A DNA stretch of 64,000 bases, taken from the NCBI GenBank assembly GCA_965199955.1, contig CBDATQ010000002.1:1568001-1632000 (forward strand), read 5' to 3'. The position numbers and the translations under genes are program-made. Below the pieces are notes generated by a model, which saw only the letters and a program-made list of their open reading frames with translations, was not told where the DNA came from and did not search any database. Source of the stretch: Spirochaetia bacterium (GTDB taxonomy: Bacteria; Spirochaetota; Spirochaetia; SZUA-6; Bin103). Shown here in pieces: positions 25,085 through 33,636 of this stretch (position 1 is the stretch's first letter; each line of letters begins with the position of its first letter).

Positions 25085-25610
25085 TCACGGCGCCGGTGCG
25101 AGCTCGATCCGGTGCGTGCCGCCGTTCAGCCCAAGGATCACCGATTCCGGTGACAGGTCGACGCCATCTGCCGTTCCGGCACCGGCAGGGATGGCAAGCG
25201 TGCTGTCGTCGCGGGTCAGGCGCAGGTCCGTGGCGGCGTCGCGAGGCAGGACGACCTCGGTCTCGAGCCCGTCGGAAAGGTCGACCTGAACTGTCAGGGC
25301 AGCGTCGCGTCGCTGCCAGCGCACGCCGATCGGCCCGCGCGCCGACGGCAGCACGCCGCGCGCCCAGCGCAGGTCCGCGACCGCCGGCGGCGCGATCCGG
25401 CAGCGGGCGAAGCCGGGGGCCGGCAGGATGCCCAGGACGTGGCGCGACAGCGTCCACGCGGGGGTGACCGACGATGAGTGCACGAGCCCGGTCAGCTCGC
25501 CCGAGTAGGGGCTGGGCGAGGCGAACTGCGGCTCGGTGGTGAAGCGCGACTCCGCGCGCGCCATGGCGCCGCGCTCGCGCGCGAACATGCTCCAGCTCTC
25601 CCACATGCGG
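25085..25610 (-). pseudogene. Alpha-L-rhamnosidase (GH78) C-terminal fragment
   Basis: MWESW, PAWTLSRHVLGILP.PGFARCRIAP...DLRWARGVLPSARGPIGVRW; only ~170 aa of a normally much longer protein. Confidence 0.7.
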
Positions 25611-25642
25611 CGGTTACCGGACAGGAACCAGCTAGCGAGAAG

Positions 25643-26552
25643 GTGCCCACCAAGGAGTTGAGAGTCGGTGTTGTGCTCTACGGAGGCGTGTCCCTTGCGG
25701 TCTACATCAACGGGGTGGTCACCGAGATCTGAATGCACTGCGTGCGTCTCGGCATGCGGCGCTCGACGACAGCAAGCCCGGCGGAGCCACGGCCGAGGTG
25801 TACGGCAGGCTTCTCAAGGAGCTCGCCTGCCGGGGAGCGACGGAACGACTCGAGATCGTGGTCGACACGGTAGCCGGAACGTCCGCCGGCGGTATCACCG
25901 GCGTTGCTCTCGCCAAGGCGATCGTCGACGGCGGTGACATGCGCCAACTCGGCGAGACCTGGATCGAGAAGGCCGGCATCAAGAAGCTCAGGACTCGGCC
26001 CCGGCGGCGGCTTGGATGCCGCAAGCGCCTGGCGATGAACGCCATCAGCTGCCTGTTCCGCGCGGTCGGCGACATCCGGGACAAGATCGATGAGCTACCA
26101 GGGATCACGTGGGAGTGAGCAACCAGGTGTACTCGCTGGCGACCTCGAAGTCCGGCAACAAGGCGCCGCTGGACGGTGATTATTTCACGCACATGATCGT
26201 CTCGACCCTGGAGAACATGGGACGGTCGCGCCCGACGCGGATCGGCGCCCATCAGCGATTCGACCTGTATCTGACGCAGAAGGACTATGGGCTGACCTAC
26301 GCGGGCCGGGCGACGGCCGGGTTTCCGGTCGCATTCCCTCCGGCGAACTACTCGACCGTTGCAGCCGCATACTCGGATGCACGGACGGACACAAGTTCGT
26401 CCTCGCGTGATGCGTTCGTATCCGAGCACTTGCGCGAGCACGAGCTGGCAGGATGCGGCTACGAACCGGATCGGACGTGGACTGCAGTGCTCGATCGCGC
26501 GGAACAGTCGCTGCTGTCCCCGTGCGAAGATCGGCCGAAGGACGACAACTGA
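25643..26552 (+). pseudogene. Patatin-related (DUF3376-associated) protein pseudogene
   Basis: KELRVGVVLYGGVSLAVYINGVVTEI, DTVAGTSAGG, RATAGFPVAFPP spread over successive frames; frameshifts at ~25730 and ~26115 plus internal deletion. Confidence 0.75.
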
Positions 26553-26696
26553 CTGCGGTGACGCCGGTCTGCTCGACCGCCTCGTGCCTGAGGACTATGA
26601 TCGCGCTGGCTTGGAAGTCCTCGCGCCGGATCGCGAGATGGCTCCCCTGCCGACCCCGCGCCGGTAATCGCCCCAAGGATCGAGTCAGGAGCCGCC

Positions 26697-27548
26697 ATGC
26701 CCTTTGTTCGCCAGCGTTACGGAAAGGCCAACGTGCGCGTGCTGCGTGTACAGCGCGCCGCGGACCGCCACCGGGTGCGTGAGAGCCGCGTCACCGTCAC
26801 CTTGGACGGCGACTTCTCTCGCGCCTACACGGACGCCGACAACGCGCCGGTGGTGGCCACCGACACCATGAAGAACCTGGTGAACGTGCTGGCCCTGCAG
26901 CACCTGGACGCGGCCAACGAGTCGTTCGCCCTGACCGTCGCGCAGTGCTTCCTGGACCGGTACGGCCACGTCGCGGAAGCGCGCGTCCGGGTCGACGAAA
27001 CGGTCTGGGGCCGCATGCGCATCGACGGCCGCGATCACGAGCACGGCTTCGTGCGGGCGGAGGGTGGCACCCCGTTCGCCTGCGCCACGGTGACCCGATC
27101 GTCGCGCGCGGTCGAAGCCGGCTTCCACGACTTCCCGATCATGAAGACCACGGGTTCGGGCTTCGTCGACTACCTGCGGGACGAGTACACGACGCTGGCG
27201 CCGACCACCGACCGCATCCTGGCCACGCGCATGACGGCGGCATGGCAGTTCGAATGCGGAACGCTCGGCGACGACGCAGGCTACGACGCGGTGTCAGGCG
27301 CGATCCGGCAGGCGCTCCTGCGGGTCTTCGCCACCACCTACAGCCGCTCGGTGCAGGACAGCCTGTACCGGATGGGCGAGGCCGCGCTAGCCGCCGCGCC
27401 CGACGTCAGCCAGATCACGCTGCGCATGCCCAACGTCCACTACCTGCCGATCGACCTGTACCCGTTCGGGGAGGACGCCCGCGGCAAGGTGTTCCTGCCC
27501 ACGGACGAGCCGAGCGGCCAGATCGAAGCGACGCTGCGGAGGGAGTGA
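26697..27548 (+). CDS. pucL: Urate oxidase (factor-independent uricase)
   Basis: RYGKANV, VATDTMKN, KTTGSGF..YLRDEYTTL..TTDRILAT, YSRSVQDSLY, MPNVHY; AGGAG RBS. Confidence 0.93.
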   Translation: MPFVRQRYGKANVRVLRVQRAADRHRVRESRVTVTLDGDFSRAYTDADNAPVVATDTMKNLVNVLALQHLDAANESFALTVAQCFLDRYGHVAEARVRVDETVWGRMRIDGRDHEHGFVRAEGGTPFACATVTRSSRAVEAGFHDFPIMKTTGSGFVDYLRDEYTTLAPTTDRILATRMTAAWQFECGTLGDDAGYDAVSGAIRQALLRVFATTYSRSVQDSLYRMGEAALAAAPDVSQITLRMPNVHYLPIDLYPFGEDARGKVFLPTDEPSGQIEATLRRE

Positions 27549-27895
27549 TGGGCACGCTCACCACACACGTGCTGGACACCGCACAGGGCAGGCCGGGCGC
27601 CGGCATCCGAGTAGAGCTCTTCGACGTGACCGAAGGGCGCCGCCCGGTCGCCTCCGCCCGCACCAACCAGGACGGGCGCTGCGACGCGCCACTGCTCGAG
27701 GGCGACGCCTTTCGCACGGGGCAGTGGGAACTGGTGTTTCACGTCGGCAAGTACTTCGCGGCGACCGACTTGCCGACCGCCGATCCACCGTTCCTGGACC
27801 GGGTCACCATCCGCTTCGGCATCGCCGCCGACGCCCACTACCACGTGCCGCTCCTCGCGGCGCCGTGGGGCTACACCACCTACCGCGGCAGTTGA
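27548..27895 (+). CDS. uraH: 5-hydroxyisourate hydrolase (transthyretin-like)
   Basis: MGTLTTHVLDT, TNQDGR, HYHVPLL, C-terminal YRGS; TGATG coupling with uricase. Confidence 0.95.
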   Translation: MGTLTTHVLDTAQGRPGAGIRVELFDVTEGRRPVASARTNQDGRCDAPLLEGDAFRTGQWELVFHVGKYFAATDLPTADPPFLDRVTIRFGIAADAHYHVPLLAAPWGYTTYRGS

Positions 27896-27915
27896 GCAGG
27901 CAGCGGTCGCTGCCG

Positions 27916-28449
27916 TCAGGTGACCGCCGCCATGTGCTTCAGGGACTCACGGGCGGCGCGCTGCGCGGTCGCGACCTGCTTCCTGGTCATCTGATCGGCG
28001 AGGTAGTCGCGCATGTTGCGCGCCTCGTGATCGCCGCTGGCGACGAACTCCACCCAGGTCGTCAGGAAGCGCGGCACGGCCGCGCCCTCCGCGCGCGCCG
28101 CGAGATCGAACCACATGTACGCCGCCACCAGATCCTGGGCAACCCCCTGGCCATGCAGGTAGGAGAGCCCGAGCGCGAACTGAGCCTTCTCGTCCCCCTG
28201 GTCGGCCGCGCGACGGAACCACGTGACGGCCTCGGCGTAGTCATGCGGGGCGCCGACCCCCAGCCAGTGCATGAGCCCGAGGTTGAACTGGCCGCCCGCA
28301 TGCCCCTGCTCGGCTGCCAGGCGGTACCACTTGGCCGCCTCATGGTAGTCTTGGCGAACGGCATAGCCGTCGTGGTACATGCAGCCGAGCTCGAACTGGG
28401 CGTCAGGGTCACCCGATTTCGCGTCGCGTCGCGCATCGGTTCCGAGCAT
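27916..28449 (-). CDS. Sel1-like repeat protein
   Basis: Repeated AQF.LG.MY..G.GV.QDY.EA.KWYR.AA.QG units. Confidence 0.88.
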   Translation of the reverse strand: MLGTDARRDAKSGDPDAQFELGCMYHDGYAVRQDYHEAAKWYRLAAEQGHAGGQFNLGLMHWLGVGAPHDYAEAVTWFRRAADQGDEKAQFALGLSYLHGQGVAQDLVAAYMWFDLAARAEGAAVPRFLTTWVEFVASGDHEARNMRDYLADQMTRKQVATAQRAARESLKHMAAVT

Positions 28450-28564
28450 ACGTATCGATGATCGTCACCTCTTGATTGCGGCCTTAGCCGCGAGAATCCC
28501 AAGTTCTCATTTCTCGGACGATCAGGAAGATCAGGGAAGCGTGACGGCGCGAGATGCGCTGAGG

Positions 28565-28745
28565 ATTCTGACCGTGGCCGAGGAGACCCTGCACCAACTC
28601 GCCCGCGAGCACGGCAAGGAGATCGCCACCCACCTGTACGGCCAGGATCAACGCCGAGACGTACGCCATCTGCAAGGCCGACCTGCTGCCGAAAGGCGAG
28701 GGCGAGGCCGCCGACAACATCGTGGGCGATCCCGAGTACTCCCTG
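28565..28745 (+). pseudogene. Internal scrap of a type I-like N6 DNA methyltransferase (HsdM)
   Basis: LTVAEETLHQLAREHGKEIATHLYGQ[E]INAETYAICKADLL.KGEGEAADNIVG with a frameshift at GQE. Confidence 0.7.
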
Positions 28746-28794
28746 GTGACCCGCTCCACGGATATCCTGACAGACGGTCCGAAGGAGGCTGAAC

Positions 28795-28976
28795 ATGACG
28801 AGTGGCGAAGTAAGACGGTTCGATTGTGTCTGACCATGAGAGCTATTCGCGATCAAATCAGCGCCGAGATTGCTGAGATGAGCTTCGCCGAACGGTCCCG
28901 CTGGCTTGATACGCACCGTCACGCTGATCCTGCGCTGCAACGGTTGGCGGAGCGACTCGGCCAACGGAACCTATGA
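28795..28976 (+). CDS. Small helical hypothetical protein, copy A (frameshift after codon 12; intact sub-ORF 28836..28976)
   Basis: AAGGAGG RBS, MTSGEVRRFDCV / MRAIRDQISAEIAEMSFAERSRWL...; stop overlaps ATPase ATG; paralog at 30939. Confidence 0.55.
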
Positions 28977-30226
28977 TCACACGCGTCGAGGCGCTCAATT
29001 TCCGCTGTCTGCGGTACGTGCACCGTCCGATGAACCCGTTCCACGTATTGGTCGGCCCGAACGCATCCGGCAAGACGACGTTCCTGGACGTCATCGGGCT
29101 CCTGGGCGACATCGTGTCAGGTGGGCTGGACTACGCTCTGTCCGAGCGCACGCCCAACCCGCAGGATCTGCTGTTCGGACGCTGCGGCAGCCGACTCGAA
29201 CTCGCGGTGGAGGCGACCGTGCCCGCCGCGCTTCGCCAACCCGATGCGCAGCAGTGGAACACGGTTCGCTATCAGGTCGCGCTCGGTTACGATGACACCG
29301 ACCGCCAGTTCGAGTTCAAGGCTGAGACGTTGCTGTTGAAGAAGGCCACCGAATCGGGGCCGAGTCAGCGCGAACTGTTCCCGACGCCGCCGGCGCCGCC
29401 CGAGTCGCTGTTGGACAGTATCAAGAAGCGCGACAACAAGGTGTTGGTCAACAAGGCGTCGGGCGGCAACGACAACTTCTACAACGAGTCCAGCCCCGCA
29501 AACCAAAGCTGGGCGCCGTCGTTCAAACTCGGAACGCAGCGGTCGGCGCTGGGCAACCTTCCGGCCGACCAAAGCTCGTTTCCGACGGCGACGTGGTTTC
29601 GGGAGTACCTTGGCGCCGGCATTCAGCGGTTCACCCTCAACAGTGCTGCGATCCGGCAGCCGAGTCCGCCGACGCGGGCCGCCGGATTCCTGCCCGACGG
29701 GTCCAACGTCTCCTGGGTCGCCCGCCGCCTCCGGCAAGACGACCCCGCACGCCACGCTTCGTGGATCGCGCATCTGCGCACGGCGCTGCCCGATCTGGAA
29801 GACATCGAGGCGGTGGAGCGCCCCGAAGACCGCCATTGCTATATGGTGTACCGGTATGCTGGCGGCGTGGCCGTGCCGTCGTGGCTGGTCTCCGATGGCA
29901 CGCTCAGGTTGACCGGTCTCACGCTGCCGGCCTATCTGCCCGACCTGGAAGGTGTCTTCCTGGTTGAGGAGCCGGAAAACGGCATCCACCCGAAGGCGGT
30001 GGCCACGGTGTTCGATTCGCTGTCATCGGTGTATGGCGCTCAGGTGTTGATGGCGACCCACTCACCGGTCGTGCTCAACGCGGCGAATACGAAAGACGTG
30101 CTTTGCTTCGCGCGCGACGATGCGGGTGCGACCGACATCGTCTCCGGGACCGAACATCCTCACCTGCAGGCTTGGCGCGGCGACGCGGACCTCGGCACCC
30201 TGCTTGCGGCCGGGGTACTGGGATGA
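28973..30226 (+). CDS. ABC/AAA_21-type ATPase, resembles MADS defence protein MAD3
   Basis: MITRVEALNFRCLR, Walker A GPNASGKT, signature-like VSDGT, Walker B LVEEPENGIHP, ATHSP. Confidence 0.8.
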   Translation: MITRVEALNFRCLRYVHRPMNPFHVLVGPNASGKTTFLDVIGLLGDIVSGGLDYALSERTPNPQDLLFGRCGSRLELAVEATVPAALRQPDAQQWNTVRYQVALGYDDTDRQFEFKAETLLLKKATESGPSQRELFPTPPAPPESLLDSIKKRDNKVLVNKASGGNDNFYNESSPANQSWAPSFKLGTQRSALGNLPADQSSFPTATWFREYLGAGIQRFTLNSAAIRQPSPPTRAAGFLPDGSNVSWVARRLRQDDPARHASWIAHLRTALPDLEDIEAVERPEDRHCYMVYRYAGGVAVPSWLVSDGTLRLTGLTLPAYLPDLEGVFLVEEPENGIHPKAVATVFDSLSSVYGAQVLMATHSPVVLNAANTKDVLCFARDDAGATDIVSGTEHPHLQAWRGDADLGTLLAAGVLG

Positions 30227-30897
30227 TCCGCCGGGACCTCGTGGTCCTTGCCGCCGACAAGGACTTGGAACACGCGTTGCGCGGGTTGCTGTCCCGTCAC
30301 GAGTCGCTGCCCATCCGGCAGATCGTGTTCGACATCTTCGTAGACCCCCAGCATGACGCCGCTTGTGCGAGACGTGGCGTTTCGTTCCTCTCTCAGTTTT
30401 CCCAGCAGTACCGATACGCACTGCTGATCATGGATCACGAAGGCAGTGGCCGCGAGAAGATATCGGCAGATGACTTGCAGGAAGCGCTGAATCAGGAATT
30501 TCGGGCATCCGCATGGGGCGAGCGGGGCAAGGCAATCGTCCTGGCCCCGGAGCTGGAGATCTGGGTCTGGAGCGACTCCCCGCACGTCGACGCCGTGGCC
30601 GGTTGGGCAGATAGAAGGCCGCGGCTCCGCCAGTGGCTGAACGATCATGGCCTGTGGGATGACCAAGAGTCGAAGCCACGGCGGCCAAAGGAGGCGTTTC
30701 ATGCCGCCCTGCATGCGTCGGGTGTAGCGCGCAGCGCATCGCTCTACCAACAGCTCGCTAAACGAGTATCCCTCAACCGGTGCGCCGATCGTTCCTTTCA
30801 TGACTTGCGCGCCATTCTGCGAGAGTGGTTTCCAAGAGGAGAACAACGAGGAGGCGGGCGAGCACTGCGCCTCGCGCAACGCGGTCCGACGGACTGA
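30223..30897 (+). CDS. MAD4-like / DUF4276-like partner protein
   Basis: DLVVLAADKDLE.ALRGLL, DHEGSG, PELEIWVWSDSPHV, KPRRPKEA, RSASLY; ATGA coupling to the ATPase. Confidence 0.65.
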   Translation: MIRRDLVVLAADKDLEHALRGLLSRHESLPIRQIVFDIFVDPQHDAACARRGVSFLSQFSQQYRYALLIMDHEGSGREKISADDLQEALNQEFRASAWGERGKAIVLAPELEIWVWSDSPHVDAVAGWADRRPRLRQWLNDHGLWDDQESKPRRPKEAFHAALHASGVARSASLYQQLAKRVSLNRCADRSFHDLRAILREWFPRGEQRGGGRALRLAQRGPTD

Positions 30898-30938
30898 TGC
30901 CAGTGACGTGCCGGCTCCGATGCGAGGGAGGTAGGAAC

Positions 30939-31175
30939 ATGAAGACCACGCGAGAGATTCGTGATCGCCTCAGTGTCGAGCTGGCCGGGATGTCCCCTGA
31001 GGACCGGGTCCGGTGGCTCAATAGCAGAGGTTTCTCGGACCCGCTCCTGCGCCGCCTCATCAATCGGCTCCGGCCACAGGAAGGTCGAGAGGGCGAGTCC
31101 GCTCTGGTGCGCTCGACCGGCAGTCCTTGCCCCGACGCGATTCCGTCCGCCGCCCGCCAGGGAAGCGAGCGATGA
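30939..31175 (+). CDS. Small helical hypothetical protein, copy B
   Basis: GGGAGG/AGGA RBS; MKTTREIRDRLSVELAGMSPEDRVRWL...DPLLRRL; 20/41 identical to copy A by hand. Confidence 0.55.
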   Translation: MKTTREIRDRLSVELAGMSPEDRVRWLNSRGFSDPLLRRLINRLRPQEGREGESALVRSTGSPCPDAIPSAARQGSER

Positions 31176-31308
31176 CGACCATGGAGGACTGACGGCATAT
31201 CGTGAAGCCCGCAAGGAAGACGAAGTGACAACCGCCAACTCAAGCCCTCCTCCACCAAGACGTACTGGCGCTGCAGGTCCAGCCAGAAGCGAGGGCTGTT
31301 GCCAAAGT

Positions 31309-31898
31309 GGGTCTTCAGGAAATTCGTGTGGAAAGGGCGATCACCGGGTGACACCGTCGGGGTAGAGATCAAGACCGCCGAGGTGAAAGTAGATGGCGTT
31401 GCGGAATCGCTTGCGGTTGCGCAACCCTCGCGCTGAGTACTTCAGTTTCTGAATCCCGGCGTTGATCGACTCGGCCCGAGCGTTGGTCACCTTGTCCACG
31501 ACGGCGGTGAGGATCCCGTCCAGGTGGCGCTTGATCATCCGCGCCACCTTCTTGACCGGCTCCAGCCGGCAGCGGATCGCCGAGCGGTACCATGCCTGCC
31601 ATGCCTTGCGCGCCCAGGTGCGGCTGCGGTACGCCCACAGCGTCATCGCATGCTCCTTGTAGCCCCACGCACGGGCGGTCTGCAGGGCGCTTGAGCGTAG
31701 CTCGGCGAATTGCTCCCAGCGCTCCTCATCCATATTCTCGGGGTTCCTCAGCCACACGTAGCGGCTGCCCTTCAGCCGCTGATCGTCCTCGCCGGCCAGC
31801 CGGCGGTGCTCGGCGCGCCGCACCCGGTCAACGGCGTCCCCGAGGTGTCCGGCAACGTGGAACGTGTCGAACGCGATCTTCTCGTGTGCCTCCGCCAC
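31309..31898 (-). mobile_element. ISL3 family remnant (3' third of transposase and one end)
   Basis: IAFDTFHV, DRVRRAE, KGSRYVWL, TARAW, TNARAESINAGIQ, YFHLGGLDLYP; GGGTCTTC-type end at 31309. Confidence 0.82.
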
Positions 31899-31899
31899 A

Positions 31900-32365
31900 T
31901 ACTGGGTTCGTCAGGCTGACCGCGGCCGGCGCCGGGCAGGCGGTGGCCAACACGGTCGGCCTCGACTTCTACAACCACACCAGCTTCCCGCGGCGGGTCT
32001 ACGGCTACGAGGGACACGACCCGGAGTGGCCGGTCCCCGCATACCGGGAGTGGGAGCGGTGCCACGGGCCGGACGGCCGCTGCACGGAGCACCTGGTCCG
32101 CATGTACAAGGAGGATGTCCTCGGGGAGACGCGGTTCGACGAGCTCACCACCCGGTACCGCGGCCCGCTGGAGTCCATTCACGGCCAGTTCTTCTACCGG
32201 ATGATCACGTCGGACGTGGACGTGGATGACGTGTGGGGCGACTACGTGGCCGAGTGGCTGGCCGCCGGCGGCCAGGCGCTGTACGACGAGCTTGCCAGGC
32301 TCGACTACACCGTGGCCGATCTGGTGGCGGGACAGGTACGGCGGCAACCGGATCCGGACGCTTGA
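31900..32365 (+). pseudogene. C-terminal fragment of an extracellular solute-binding protein
   Basis: MITSDVDVDDVWGDYVAEWLAAGGQALYDEL, like the tail of the binding protein at 37051; no 5' part, abuts ISL3. Confidence 0.55.
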
Positions 32366-32395
32366 TATGACTATCTGATAGACATGGTAGTCATA
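32366..32395. promoter_or_regulatory. Inverted repeat, likely toxin-antitoxin operator
   Basis: TATGACTA-N14-TAGTCATA perfect 8-bp inverted repeat directly at the antitoxin start. Confidence 0.6.
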
Positions 32396-32634
32396 CGAGA
32401 TCAATCGCCATCGTCAGGCTCAAGGCAACGCTGAGCGCCGAGCTGAGGCGGGTTCGGCAGGGGGAGTCGGTCACTGTCCTCGATCGGACGACGCCGGTTG
32501 CCGTGCTCGCTCCCGTGCCCGACGCGGTCCGCTTGGTGCAGCCGGCCGCAAGGCCGTATGCCTATCGCCGGTTGCCGCCATTGACGTCGTGTGATCCGTT
32601 GCCGCACCTGGACGAGGAGCGGGGCGAGCGGTGA
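32395..32634 (+). pseudogene. Phd/YefM family antitoxin with ACG in place of the start codon
   Basis: (T)RSIAIVRLKATLSAELRRVRQGESVTVLDRTTPVAVL...LDEERGER*. Confidence 0.7.
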
Positions 32635-33521
32635 CAGCCTACCTGGACTCCTCGGTGCTGCTGCGTCACATCCTGCTGTGAACGCGATCGAATCGTCTCT
32701 CGGGCGGCTGCGTCCTCGGCGATCCAGCGTCGCCAGTTCTCCTCGTCCGGATCCAGGAAGCCGCAGTTGGCGCGCTGGACGAACTGGGCGTCCACGCCGA
32801 GCAGGCGCAACAGCCTCCGGTCGCCGCGCGCCCGCGCCCGGGCGATGACCGCCTGCGACACCGGCCCCTGGTAGTTGGCGCGGTGCTTCAGCCACGAGTG
32901 GTTGAAGGTGAGGAAGAACAGGTAGCGGTGATCGGTGGATCGGTTGACCGTCCCGGAGTGCAACATGCTGCAGTGGAACACGGCGACGTCGCCGGCTTCG
33001 GGGTAGACGATCACCTCCTCCGGGTGCGGCTGCCGGGCCTGCTCGCGGGTCATGCGCAGCGCCCGCATGTGCGAGCCGGGGATGATGCGCAGCGGGCCGC
33101 TCTCGTCGGTCAGGTCCTGCAGGTAGGACAGCGCGTTGAACAGCAGCGGCCGATGGTACACGCCGTCCTCGGGGAAGAACGCGAACATGTCGCGGTGAAA
33201 CCCCAATACGGGGCTGTCGGCCGCTTCCTCCGGCGGCGTACGCCGGTAGGTGATCGATTCGAGTTGGACGTGGGGGCCGACCACCATCTCGGCAAAATCG
33301 AGCAGCCGCTCGTGTGCAAGCGCCCGCAGCACGAGCTGCGGCTGGTGTTCGAGCACGTCGACGAACACCGACGGGCGGCTTCCGTCGGCGGTGGGGATGC
33401 GGTCGGCGATGTCCTCGAACGCGGCCCGCATCTCCCGGACCCACCCGGCATCGAGCATGCCCGGGAACACCGTGAACCCGTCCCGCTTGAACTCGGCAAG
33501 ATGCTCGTCGAGTGTCTTCAT
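32562..33521 (-). CDS. PhyH family dioxygenase (3' end reads through into the TA remnant)
   Basis: FKRDGFTV, FHRD, YLQDLTDESGPLRIIPGSH, AGDVAVFHCSMLHSG. Confidence 0.88.
   Translation of the reverse strand: MKTLDEHLAEFKRDGFTVFPGMLDAGWVREMRAAFEDIADRIPTADGSRPSVFVDVLEHQPQLVLRALAHERLLDFAEMVVGPHVQLESITYRRTPPEEAADSPVLGFHRDMFAFFPEDGVYHRPLLFNALSYLQDLTDESGPLRIIPGSHMRALRMTREQARQPHPEEVIVYPEAGDVAVFHCSMLHSGTVNRSTDHRYLFFLTFNHSWLKHRANYQGPVSQAVIARARARGDRRLLRLLGVDAQFVQRANCGFLDPDEENWRRWIAEDAAARETIRSRSQQDVTQQHRGVQVGCHRSPRSSSRCGNGSHDVNGGNRR
32631..32681 (+). pseudogene. VapC/PIN toxin truncated after 16 codons
   Basis: GTGA-coupled MTAYLDSSVLLRHILL* (PIN 'YLDSS' motif). Confidence 0.7.
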
Positions 33522-33636
33522 GATCAGCCTCCGGACGCGGTCCGAAGGTATCCGCTGCCGTGGCGCGCCGAAACCCCGGCCCGCTCACTGCGTGGACGGG
33601 ATGGTCTGAGACCGAGCCCCGCGGTACGTTGCGCTC

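Noticed and set aside
28500..31300. Complete MADS or type I restriction-modification system
   Set aside because: No specificity subunit, HsdR, kinase or intact methyltransferase in the window; only the ATPase pair and an HsdM scrap.
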